A stretch of DNA of 45,847 nt from Gemmatimonadota bacterium. Its GTDB lineage: Bacteria; Gemmatimonadota; Gemmatimonadetes; Longimicrobiales; Gaopeijiaceae. Made by a program: the position numbers and the translations under genes. The DNA is taken from the NCBI GenBank assembly GCA_039589315.1, contig JBDHHQ010000030.1, forward strand, positions 1 to 45,847, in the 5' to 3' direction. The notes beneath the pieces were generated by a model. It saw nothing but the letters and a program-made list of their open reading frames with translations. It made no database searches and was not told the origin of the DNA. Of the stretch, positions 19,009 to 27,742 are shown one piece after another. How positions within the stretch are numbered: the stretch's first letter is position 1; each line of letters starts with the position of its first letter.

Positions 19009-20412
19009 TTACTGACCCCGAGTCGACTGGAGTCCCGTCTGGTAGCCCTGCCACACGCCCGGCCGGACCGGGACGTAGACGGTCTCGTACGGGCTGCTGG
19101 CGTTGCTGTCTGCGAAGAGCGGAACGCCCATGTAATCGCCGACCCGCATGATGTTGCCGCAGTTCATGCCGACCTCGCCACCCGACTTGGAGTAGCCGCC
19201 GTCTTCGAAGGTGATGTCCTCGTCGTTCTCGAAGAAGCTCATCCCCTCAGCATACGTGCCCGCAAAGACGACGCCGGGCCGCAGCGTGCGCACCGACACC
19301 CGGTCGGCGCCCACCAGCGTGTCGCCCTGGGCCGTGACCAGCACCTGGGCGTTCTCACCCGTGGCCAGGCACAGCGTCGCGGGCGTGCCCGTCGGCGGCG
19401 GCGGCGCCACCTCGACGTTCATGCGGACCGTGTCCGGCGGAGGCGCCGGGAGACGGACGGTGTCAGGCGAGGCCTTCTCCAGCAGGCCGGGCTTGCAGAG
19501 CCCGCCCTGATCGGGGCAGAGCGCCGCGGAGACCAGGAAGCCCCACTTGGCGCTCCGGGGCACCGTCTTGTTCTCCAGGTAGTTCGACCCTAGGACGAAG
19601 CCGCCCACGCGGATGCCCGAGAAGTCCAGCTGGGCGCCGACGTTGACGTCGAACCCGTTCCACTCACCCATGAGGTTCAGCAGGGTGTTGGTGCCGAGCC
19701 CCATGTGGACACCGGCTCCGGCAAAGAAGCCGGAGGACGACGCGTTGGAGTAGAAGTCCAGCTGACGTCCGTCGCGCCACACGCCGCTGCCCCACCCGAG
19801 GGTGAAGGTGTAGTCGTGCTCGAGGCCGATGTCGAGACCGGCCACGTCGGCCGTGGCCACGACGTACGGCGAGAACGCCGTGGAGACGCTGTTCCCATCG
19901 GCGCCGTCGAAGAGCTGCTGGTGCGGCGCCCCGTAGCGCGTCGGCTGCGTGCTCTTGTCGTCATCGAAAGACGGCTCGCTCACGTAGCGGGCCCCCACGG
20001 CCAGTCCGATCCCCTGTCGCTGTGGGCGCAGCAAAGCGATGCGGCCGAACGCGCCGGCCATCGTGCCACCGGCGTCGCTGTCGTTGAAGCTCTGGAACGT
20101 TCCGCCGATCTCGACCCAGTCGAACAGGCCGAGGGCCACGGAGCCGTCACCGTACAGGTTCCCGTCGTTCGGGTCGCCCGCCAGGTTGAGGACCCATCCC
20201 GAGTATGTGCCGGTAATGGCGAGATGGGGGAGCACCATCGCCGAGGGTACGTCGAGATAACCCGACCCGTACCGCAGCGTGCTCGGCATCTTGGTCTTCT
20301 CCCGATCGTTGTCCCGGACGGACTGGGCCTCGGCCTGCCCAGCCGTACCGACGAGTACGGCAACGGCCAGGAGGGCTGCACACCACCCGGTCAAACTCCG
20401 AGCCATCTTCAT
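19009..20412 (-). CDS. Secreted outer-membrane protein: YjbH-like beta-barrel, Pro-rich linker, C-terminal domain of unknown function
   Basis: ATG 20412 after GGAGGA; signal peptide ending AEA|Q; GYLDVPSA start, alternating beta strands, GEWNGFDVNVG; PAPPP/APPPP linker. Confidence 0.75.
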   Translation of the reverse strand: MKMARSLTGWCAALLAVAVLVGTAGQAEAQSVRDNDREKTKMPSTLRYGSGYLDVPSAMVLPHLAITGTYSGWVLNLAGDPNDGNLYGDGSVALGLFDWVEIGGTFQSFNDSDAGGTMAGAFGRIALLRPQRQGIGLAVGARYVSEPSFDDDKSTQPTRYGAPHQQLFDGADGNSVSTAFSPYVVATADVAGLDIGLEHDYTFTLGWGSGVWRDGRQLDFYSNASSSGFFAGAGVHMGLGTNTLLNLMGEWNGFDVNVGAQLDFSGIRVGGFVLGSNYLENKTVPRSAKWGFLVSAALCPDQGGLCKPGLLEKASPDTVRLPAPPPDTVRMNVEVAPPPPTGTPATLCLATGENAQVLVTAQGDTLVGADRVSVRTLRPGVVFAGTYAEGMSFFENDEDITFEDGGYSKSGGEVGMNCGNIMRVGDYMGVPLFADSNASSPYETVYVPVRPGVWQGYQTGLQSTRGQ

Positions 20413-20513
20413 CGCGCTGCTCCTCCGTGAGGAAAAAATAGGATTCACGATCCGTTCAGATCTTGGTTCTCGGATTGCTGTCAAACGAAAAGTCGAGTCG
20501 AAGTTATCCAGAC

Positions 20514-20530
20514 GGCCAGAATCGTGCCAG
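20514..20530 (-). promoter_or_regulatory. Sigma-54 (-24/-12) promoter candidate
   Basis: Minus strand CTGGCACGATTCTGGCC: TGGCACG with exact GG-N10-GC spacing, about 100 nt upstream of ATG 20412 in an AT-richer intergenic region. Confidence 0.6.
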
Positions 20531-20543
20531 CCTTTCGATAAAC

Positions 20544-21608
20544 TCACGTTTGTGCCCCAGCCTGAGCAAGGGTGGCCAGAGTTCGCGCGATTGCTTGACG
20601 ATCCACGTCCTGATGGGTCACCGCCCGCAGCCTCCGCCTGCCGAACCTGGTCATCAGAATTCTGCGGTTCTCCAAAAAATTCAACAGGTCGTCCGCTCTG
20701 CGCTCCGGACCCTCGACTTCGATGAAGACGATGTTGGTCTCGGGGGGCGCCGCGTGAAGCCCACTCACCGACCGGAGCCCCTCGGCGAGCTCGGTCGCCA
20801 GCCGGTGATCTCGTTCCAGCCGATCCAGATGGTGGTCCAGGGCGTGGAGCACCGCGGCGGCGAGGATGCCGGTCTGGCGCATGGCACCACCGAGGCGCCG
20901 GCGCACGTGCCACGCCTCCCCCATGGTGGGCTCGTCGCCGGCCAGCATGGATCCCACGGGTGCTCCGAGGCCCTTGGACAGCGCCACCATCACCGTATCC
21001 GCGTACCCGGCCAACTCGGCCACCGGCACGCTCAGGGCCACGGCGGCATTCCAGAGTCGGGCGCCGTCCAGGTGGATGCGCAGACCGGCCTCGTCCGCCA
21101 GCGCCCGATGTCCGGCCATGCACGCGAGGGACATGACCCGCCCACCCGAATCCATGTGGGTGTTCTCCAACGCCAGGACCCGGTCCTGCAACAGATAGCG
21201 GGAGGGAGGGTTCAGCGCCTCGGCTACGCGTTCGGGTGTGAGCAGGCCGTCCGGGGTTTCGATGGGCCGGAGTTGGAGGCCGGCCATGACGCCCGCCCCT
21301 CCCTCCTCCCAGTGCACGATGTGGGCTCTGGACTCCACGAGCACGCCGGTTCCGGGTCGGCCGAGCACAGCCAGCCCGACCTGGTTGGCCATCGTGCCGC
21401 TGGGCAGGAAGAGGGCCCGCTCCTTGCCCAGGAGCTCCGCCATCCGCACTTCGAGGCGACGCATGGTGGGGTCGTCGCCGTAGACCTCGTCTCCCACCGG
21501 GGCGTTGGCGATGGCCTCCCTCATGGCCGCGGTGGGACGGGTCACCGTGTCGCTGCGGAGGTCGACGAGCCTCGGCACGTCTCCGTCGGCGGGACCGTTG
21601 TCGGTCAC
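20544..21608 (-). CDS. ltaE: Low-specificity L-threonine aldolase (PLP)
   Basis: DLRSDTVTRP, PSGTMANQ, ENTH, HLDGARLWNA, SKGLGAPVGS. Start uncertain (GTG 21608 or 21578). Confidence 0.92.
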   Translation of the reverse strand: MTDNGPADGDVPRLVDLRSDTVTRPTAAMREAIANAPVGDEVYGDDPTMRRLEVRMAELLGKERALFLPSGTMANQVGLAVLGRPGTGVLVESRAHIVHWEEGGAGVMAGLQLRPIETPDGLLTPERVAEALNPPSRYLLQDRVLALENTHMDSGGRVMSLACMAGHRALADEAGLRIHLDGARLWNAAVALSVPVAELAGYADTVMVALSKGLGAPVGSMLAGDEPTMGEAWHVRRRLGGAMRQTGILAAAVLHALDHHLDRLERDHRLATELAEGLRSVSGLHAAPPETNIVFIEVEGPERRADDLLNFLENRRILMTRFGRRRLRAVTHQDVDRQAIARTLATLAQAGAQT

Positions 21609-21621
21609 GGAAGGCGGTGAC

Positions 21622-21840
21622 TCAATCGGTGGGACGCTTCTCCAGCTTCGACAACCGACGGCTGATGGAGATGATCCACCCGCCGATGAGGAGCCAGGCG
21701 ATGGCGTACGCGGCGAAGACATGCCAGTAAGGCCGCAGGCTCTGAGCGCCCAGGTTCCCCCCGGGACTCTGCCCCGAGACCTCGAGAGCGCAGAGGAGAA
21801 CCAACGCCACCAGGGGCACGGTTACGCGAACCGGTCTCAC
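21622..21840 (-). CDS. ccmD: Heme exporter protein D-like small membrane protein
   Basis: Directly after ccmC; YWHVFAAYAIAW TM helix and basic C-terminal tail. Confidence 0.75.
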   Translation of the reverse strand: MRPVRVTVPLVALVLLCALEVSGQSPGGNLGAQSLRPYWHVFAAYAIAWLLIGGWIISISRRLSKLEKRPTD

Positions 21841-22571
21841 GAGACTCCCTCCATTGTGTCGGGTCTACCGTACGCGTGAGCCCGTGAAGGGGCAGCCGTC
21901 GGTACCTCGCCCCTGATCGAGTGCTCGAGGGCGTACCTGAGAAGGAACCCGGCGAAGAACAGCAGCGTGAACGACACCAGGCCCGTCATGAGCGTCTGCA
22001 GCATGGCGGGGTGAAGGGTGGGCCCCTCGGGCTTGACCACGACCGGCTGGGGGTGGAGGGAGCGGAACCACACCACACTCAGATGGATGAGTGGGATGTT
22101 GAAGGCACCGATGATCCCCACGATGGCGGCGAACCGCTTCCCCCGCTCCGGATTCTCCGTCGAGGCCCGGACCATGAAATACCCCAGGTAGATGAACCAG
22201 AGAAGGAGCGTGAGCGTCAGGCGCGGCTCCCAGGTCCACCAGGTACCCCACGCGACCCGGGCCCAGAGGGGACCGGAGGTGATCATGACCGTGGTGAAGA
22301 CCATGCCGCCCTCCGCCGCCGCCTGAGCCGCCATGTCCAGGCGCTCGTCCCGGAGCCACAGGTACACGGCGCTCGTGAGGGCGACGATCCCGAACGCCAT
22401 GAAGCCCACCCACGCGGCGGGCACGTGGACGTAGAAGATCCTCTGGACGACTCCCATGGTGGCCTCGGTGGGTACCCAGAAGGCCACCTGCCACATCAGG
22501 AGCACCATGCCGGCCACGCCCAGGATGCCCAGGCCCGTCCCCGTCCACCGGAGCTTCCGGTCTCCTGCCAA
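21837..22571 (-). CDS. ccmC: Heme chaperone-loading membrane protein CcmC
   Basis: RIFYVHVP, WGTWWTWEPRLT tryptophan-rich motif, RSLHP. Confidence 0.93.
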   Translation of the reverse strand: MAGDRKLRWTGTGLGILGVAGMVLLMWQVAFWVPTEATMGVVQRIFYVHVPAAWVGFMAFGIVALTSAVYLWLRDERLDMAAQAAAEGGMVFTTVMITSGPLWARVAWGTWWTWEPRLTLTLLLWFIYLGYFMVRASTENPERGKRFAAIVGIIGAFNIPLIHLSVVWFRSLHPQPVVVKPEGPTLHPAMLQTLMTGLVSFTLLFFAGFLLRYALEHSIRGEVPTAAPSRAHAYGRPDTMEGVS

Positions 22572-22574
22572 GAG

Positions 22575-23255
22575 CTACTCCTCCACGACGAATCGGAACA
22601 GCGACGCACCAACGCCCAGGGCCACGATGGCGAAAGCGGCCAACATCCTCAAGCTCCCGGTCACTTCGGATGGCGGCCGGCCCGCGAAGACACGGCTGGT
22701 GGCCGACGCCCCGTAGATGACCACTGGGACCAGGAGCGGGAAGACGAGAATCGGAAGGAGCGTATCTCCCATTCTCGTTCGGTTCGAGATGCCGGCGAAG
22801 AGTGTGCTCGTGGCCACGAACCCCAACGTTCCCAGCCCGACAACCCCGACGAGCAGCGTGGGGTTCCCCCGTAGCTCGAGCCCGAAGAAGAGCGCGAAGA
22901 CCAGCAGGACCAGGATCACGGTCAGACCCACGATGACGAAGTTCGACACGACTTTGGCCAGGTACAACGCGTCCCGGGGAATGGGGCTCAACAGGACTCC
23001 CTGGATCGCCCGCTCCTCTTCCTCGAGCGCGAACGTCCGCCCCACGCCCAACAGCCCACCGAACACGATCGTGAGCCAGATGAAGCCAGACGCCACGTCC
23101 GACGGCCGGACCAGCGTCGGGTCGAGGGCATAGCCGAACAGAATGCCGGCGAGCACGGCGAAGGCGCCCATGGCGGCCAGACGCTCCCGGGTCCTGAGCT
23201 CCAGCGTCAGGTCCTTGCGGACCACCGCTCCGAGCTGGGCCAGGTACCGGCTCAT
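22575..23255 (-). CDS. ccmB: Heme exporter protein B
   Basis: KDLTLELR, LLPILVFPLLVPVVI; six-TM pattern between ccmA and ccmC. Confidence 0.92.
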   Translation of the reverse strand: MSRYLAQLGAVVRKDLTLELRTRERLAAMGAFAVLAGILFGYALDPTLVRPSDVASGFIWLTIVFGGLLGVGRTFALEEEERAIQGVLLSPIPRDALYLAKVVSNFVIVGLTVILVLLVFALFFGLELRGNPTLLVGVVGLGTLGFVATSTLFAGISNRTRMGDTLLPILVFPLLVPVVIYGASATSRVFAGRPPSEVTGSLRMLAAFAIVALGVGASLFRFVVEE

Positions 23256-23989
23256 CCCGCGGCCTCCACCGTTTCGCGGTAGAAGTGCTCGAACCCGTCG
23301 GCGGCCACCTGGGCGCGGGCGCCGTGGTAGACCAGACGCCCGCGCACCTGGATCGCCACCCGGTCGGCGAGCTCCAGTCCCTGCCCGAGGTTGTGTGTGA
23401 CCAGAACCACGGTTCGGCGCCCGTCCTTCAACGACGCCAGCACGCCCCGGAGCGTCTCGGCGGCATGGGCGTCGAGCCCGGTGTACGGCTCGTCCAGGAG
23501 CACGATCTCGGGGTCGTGGAGGAGCGTCCGGGCCAAGGCGAGCCTCTGGCGCATCCCCCGCGAAAGCGTGCGGACCTCCGAGTCGGCGCGGCTGGCCAGC
23601 CCGACGCCGTCGAGGCGCTCGCCGATCCTGTGCTCGAGGTCCGGCAAGCCGTACAGCCGGCCGTAGAACCGCAGATTCTCCCGGGCCGTGAGGCGTCCGT
23701 AGAGGAAGCTCTGGTGAGACAGTACGCCGATGGACCGATGGGACTCGGGGTCACCGCCCCGCAGCGGCCGGCCGCGGACACGCACCTCGCCGCGCGTGGC
23801 CCGCAGCATGCCCGAGAGAAGCCCCAGCACCGTGCTCTTGCCGGCGCCGTTGGGCCCGAACAGGGTCAGCAGCTCACCCGGCTGGAGGCTGAGATCGACG
23901 CCGTCCACGGCCCGGACACTGCCGAAGTCGCGGACCAGCCCACGGGCTTCGAGGGAAGTTCCCTCCTCCGTCACGGGATCGTCCGTCAC
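23252..23989 (-). CDS. ccmA: Heme ABC exporter ATP-binding protein
   Basis: GPNGAGKS, LSRGMRQR, LLDEPYTGLD; operon context. Confidence 0.92.
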   Translation of the reverse strand: MTDDPVTEEGTSLEARGLVRDFGSVRAVDGVDLSLQPGELLTLFGPNGAGKSTVLGLLSGMLRATRGEVRVRGRPLRGGDPESHRSIGVLSHQSFLYGRLTARENLRFYGRLYGLPDLEHRIGERLDGVGLASRADSEVRTLSRGMRQRLALARTLLHDPEIVLLDEPYTGLDAHAAETLRGVLASLKDGRRTVVLVTHNLGQGLELADRVAIQVRGRLVYHGARAQVAADGFEHFYRETVEAAG

Positions 23990-24005
23990 GGACCGGGTGC
24001 GCCGT

Positions 24006-24539
24006 TCAGCCGCTGGCAGCGGCGGCCCGTCGACCCAGGGGGCGGCCGCAGCTGGTGCAGAACTTCCCGCCCCTTCGGTTCACGTGGCCGCAGTGGCCGC
24101 AGGTGTCTCCGCTCTGTAGGCCGGCGCGCACCCGGGCAACCTCGGCCTCCACGCCAGCCGGTCCGCTCACGGCCTCCGGGGGAGCATCGTCAGGGTCGCC
24201 CCCTACGCCGCTCTCCGGAGCCGCCACCTCCCCACCACCGGCGGCGGCGGAGAGGTCTCCGTGGGAGCGCTCGACGACCTCTTCGTTACGGAGGGCTTGG
24301 AGGGCCTCGGCGGAGAGCTCCCGGCGCAGATGCTGATAGTCCTCGTCGCCCAACTTGCCCGTGGCGAAGTCGTACTCCGCGTCCCGGAGCGCCATGAGGG
24401 CCACGCGCTTTCGCGCCTGGGCATCGGTGAGGTCGTCCGCCGAGCTGTCGAGGGGCGCGCGACGATCCTGGAGGATCGGCGACAGGACGTAGATCACCAC
24501 CGCGAGGCTCAGGAGCGCCGCCGCCAGGAAGAGAGTCAT
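24006..24539 (-). CDS. CcmI N-terminal-like membrane protein with C-terminal double zinc ribbon
   Basis: N-terminal TM helix, LRDAEYDFATGKLGDEDY, CGHC...CTSC. Confidence 0.75.
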   Translation of the reverse strand: MTLFLAAALLSLAVVIYVLSPILQDRRAPLDSSADDLTDAQARKRVALMALRDAEYDFATGKLGDEDYQHLRRELSAEALQALRNEEVVERSHGDLSAAAGGGEVAAPESGVGGDPDDAPPEAVSGPAGVEAEVARVRAGLQSGDTCGHCGHVNRRGGKFCTSCGRPLGRRAAAASG

Positions 24540-24561
24540 GCCGGCCCTCCCATGGCAGCGC

Positions 24562-26601
24562 TCAGGCCCCGGCTCCCACCGGCTCCGCCCGGGCCACGGC
24601 CGTCGTCTGCCGCCGCCGGGCCGTGTCGCCCGTGGGCCAGAGGGCGATGAGCGTCCCGACGCTGATCACCAGGCCTCCGTACCAGATCCATCCGACCAGG
24701 GGTTTCACGAGCGCCTGCAGCGTGATCCGCTCCGCACCCGGGTCGTTGGCGAGAACGCCCTGCATGTCGTCCACCGAGGCGAGGATCAGGTAGAGATCCT
24801 CCATGGCCGTGGAACGGATGCCCACCTCCGTGACGGGCTGCTGGGTCGTGATGTACTGCCGCTTCTCCGTGGTCATCACCCCGACCGGAGCTCCGTTGCG
24901 GGCGACGCTCAGCGTGGCCACCCAGCGCCACATGTTGGCCTCGCGCGACGACGAGATCCCCTCGTAGGTGAGCGAGTAGGTATGCCCGAACGGCGAGGCC
25001 ACGTCCACGGTCTCGCCCGGACTCAGCGCCTGCTGGACCTCGGCCTCGAAGGCGGCACCCGCGAAGGCCGTGAAGATCATGACCACGCCTACGTGGACGA
25101 TGTAACCCCCGTAGCGGCGGCGGTTTCGGGTTACGAGGTGGTACAGCGCCCTGGCGTAGCCCTCGCCCTCGATGCGCGCGCGGGCCGCGGTTCCTTTCCA
25201 GAACTCCCGAACCAGAATCGTCAGCACGAAGGCCGAAACGCCGAAGGTCGTGAGGGCCAGACCGTTCCGCGCCCCCAACGCGTAGAATCCCAGGGCCACG
25301 GCTACGCCCACGATCGTGGGCTGCGCGAAGTTCTTCCGCAGGTTCCGGGCGGTGGCCTTCCGCCAAGCGATCACGGGACCCACGCCGGTCAGGACCAACA
25401 GGATCAGCCCCAAGGGCAGGTTCACCCGGTTGAAGAAGGGCGGTCCGACGGAGACCGGTTCGCCGGTGACGCCTTCGGCGATGAGGGGGAAGAGCGTCCC
25501 CCAGAGCACCGCGAACGCCACGGCCAACAGGATCAGGTTGTTGAACAGGAAGGCCGCCTCCCGAGACAGGAAGGACTCGATCTGCCGATCGGACTTGAGC
25601 AGGGGGACGCGCCACACGATCAGGATGGCCCCCGCTGCCAACACCGAGCCCATGAACGCGAGGAAGATGTAGGCGATCTGGGTGTTCTGGGCGAACGAGT
25701 GAACCGACTCGATGAGGCCGGACCGAGTCAGGAACGTGGCGAAGATGGTCAGGAGGAACGTCAGCACCACCAACGACATGTTCCAGATCTTCAGCATCCC
25801 CCTGGTTTCCTGGAGGATCACCGAGTGCAGGAACGCCGTCGCCGTCAGCCACGGCAACAAGGACGCGTTCTCGACCGGATCCCAAAACCAGTATCCGCCC
25901 CACCCCAGCTCCTCGTAGGCCCACCGCATGCCGAAGATGACGCCGTTGGTGAGGAAGAACCACGAAACGAGCGTCCACCGCCGCGTGATCACGAGCCAGC
26001 GGGCATCCAGCCGGCCGTTGAGCAGCGCCGCCATCCCGAACGCGAACGGAACCGAGAAGGCGGTGAAGCCCAGGTAGAGGGTGGGCGGGTGAATCACCAT
26101 CCAGTAGTTCTGGAGCTGTGGATTCAGACCCTGTCCGTTGGCCGGCGTGAAGGCCAGCTTCTCGAAGGGATTCGTGGCGAAGAGGCAGATCACCAGGAAG
26201 AACGTCGAGATCCCCAGGAGGACGCCCACCACGTAGGGCATGAACTCCCGGTTCTTGTCGCGGTTCGTAAAGACCGCCACGGACGAGAACAGCGAGAGCA
26301 GCAACGCCCAGAAGACCAACGACCCCCGCTGGCCGGCCCACAGCCCAGACACCTTGAAGAAGGTGCCCAGCTCGCGGTTCGAGTAGTTGGCGACGTACCA
26401 ATACTCGAAGTGGTCACCCAGGAATGCGGCGATGATGCCAGCCGATGCCACCGCCAGGAGGAAGAAGACGGCGTGGACCGCCCGCTCCGAGCTGAGGACC
26501 AGGTCCCCGCGACGGTGGTGCCCCCCAAGGAAAGCGAGGATCGTCCCCCACCCGGCAATGGGCAGGGCGATCCAGAGGGCCAGCTCTCCGAGTGTCGTCA
26601 C
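24562..26601 (-). CDS. ccmF: Cytochrome c heme lyase CcmF
   Basis: WGGYWFWDPVENAS, IHPP, FLHS, SVHSF, IVHVG conserved His motifs. Confidence 0.97.
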   Translation of the reverse strand: MTTLGELALWIALPIAGWGTILAFLGGHHRRGDLVLSSERAVHAVFFLLAVASAGIIAAFLGDHFEYWYVANYSNRELGTFFKVSGLWAGQRGSLVFWALLLSLFSSVAVFTNRDKNREFMPYVVGVLLGISTFFLVICLFATNPFEKLAFTPANGQGLNPQLQNYWMVIHPPTLYLGFTAFSVPFAFGMAALLNGRLDARWLVITRRWTLVSWFFLTNGVIFGMRWAYEELGWGGYWFWDPVENASLLPWLTATAFLHSVILQETRGMLKIWNMSLVVLTFLLTIFATFLTRSGLIESVHSFAQNTQIAYIFLAFMGSVLAAGAILIVWRVPLLKSDRQIESFLSREAAFLFNNLILLAVAFAVLWGTLFPLIAEGVTGEPVSVGPPFFNRVNLPLGLILLVLTGVGPVIAWRKATARNLRKNFAQPTIVGVAVALGFYALGARNGLALTTFGVSAFVLTILVREFWKGTAARARIEGEGYARALYHLVTRNRRRYGGYIVHVGVVMIFTAFAGAAFEAEVQQALSPGETVDVASPFGHTYSLTYEGISSSREANMWRWVATLSVARNGAPVGVMTTEKRQYITTQQPVTEVGIRSTAMEDLYLILASVDDMQGVLANDPGAERITLQALVKPLVGWIWYGGLVISVGTLIALWPTGDTARRRQTTAVARAEPVGAGA

Positions 26602-27020
26602 CCGATCAGTTCTTCGGGCGCGGCCTCATAGCGGCTTCCGCACTTGGTCAGGACGGTGGTGGCTTCGAAGACGCCGTCGGTGCGGTAGCGACCCTCCAAG
26701 ACGACCTCCACCTCGTCGGTGAAGGTGTCGGGGAGCACGTCCCGGAACTCCACCGGGACTGTCAGCGACTCGTCCTCGAGGTCCCGGACGGTGAAGTGGT
26801 GCAGCAGCTCGCCCTGACCCTGAGAATACGAGCCGGGCACCACCCGCCCGCTCACCTTGATACCCACTTCGTGAAGCGTGGGGTCGGCCTCGGCCCGGGC
26901 GAGGAGCTCGGTCGGCGTGAGGTAGTAGATCATCGTCTCGTTGACGCCGGTCCAGATGAGGTATGTCACCACCAGCGCGACGCCGGCGAGTCCTAGAAGA
27001 AAGCGTCCGTTCTTAGGCAT
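26598..27020 (-). CDS. ccmE: Heme chaperone CcmE, CxxxY variant
   Basis: ATG 27020 after GGAG; TM anchor, YYLTPTE, LPDTF, VLTKCGSRYE. Confidence 0.93.
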   Translation of the reverse strand: MPKNGRFLLGLAGVALVVTYLIWTGVNETMIYYLTPTELLARAEADPTLHEVGIKVSGRVVPGSYSQGQGELLHHFTVRDLEDESLTVPVEFRDVLPDTFTDEVEVVLEGRYRTDGVFEATTVLTKCGSRYEAAPEELIG

Positions 27021-27247
27021 GGCTCCAACTCTGTTGCTCGGTTCGTCGTGCGTCCATGAAGGACTATGCGGCGAGCACGGCACGCGCGGCACAGGATATC
27101 CCGAATATAGCGCACACGCCGAAGCGCCGAAAAGCCCGATTCTCCGCCGTGCCCGTGGGGAGAACCCCACCCACTGGCGTCGGGATCCCTCCGACAGCCC
27201 CCATCCGTCCCGTCGCCCCCTGGAGCTCGCAGGGTTGGCGGATTGGC

Positions 27248-27742
27248 TTACGCATTCGTCCTGCGCGCGCGCGCCTGCTCGATGGCCCAGCGCACGGCGG
27301 CCCCGGGGCCCTCGAAGCTCGGTAGGCCCAACCCATGGGCGGGCGGCGTGCCCAGCAGTCCCACCGGAATCCCCATCTTGGCCGCGAGCGCGATCTCCGA
27401 CAGCGTCCCCCATTGCCCGCCCACGGCCAACACGGCTTCCGCCCCTCGCACCACGAGGGCGTTCCGGGCCTCGCCCATGCCGGTGGCCAGGGGCAGCGTG
27501 ACCCAGGCGTTCGCTCCCGCAGCGTCCGGACCAGGCAGGATGCCCACCGTGATGCCGCCCCCCTCGTGGCAACCCCGGGCCGCGGCCTCCATGACGCCGC
27601 CCCCGCCCCCGCACACGACCACCGCTCCGGCCTCGCCCAGGGCCCGGCCCACGGCCTTCGCCAGCTCCCGATCGGCGGCGCTGGCCGCGGCGGCGCCAAC
27701 GACGGCTATGCGCAGGGGCGGGACGGGCTCAGCCACCGACAT
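27248..27742 (-). CDS. TIGR00725 family (LOG/DprA-like Rossmann fold) protein
   Basis: CGGGGGVMEAAARG, VGILPG, TGMGEARN, GGQWGTLSEIA. Confidence 0.88.
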   Translation of the reverse strand: MSVAEPVPPLRIAVVGAAAASAADRELAKAVGRALGEAGAVVVCGGGGGVMEAAARGCHEGGGITVGILPGPDAAGANAWVTLPLATGMGEARNALVVRGAEAVLAVGGQWGTLSEIALAAKMGIPVGLLGTPPAHGLGLPSFEGPGAAVRWAIEQARARRTNA

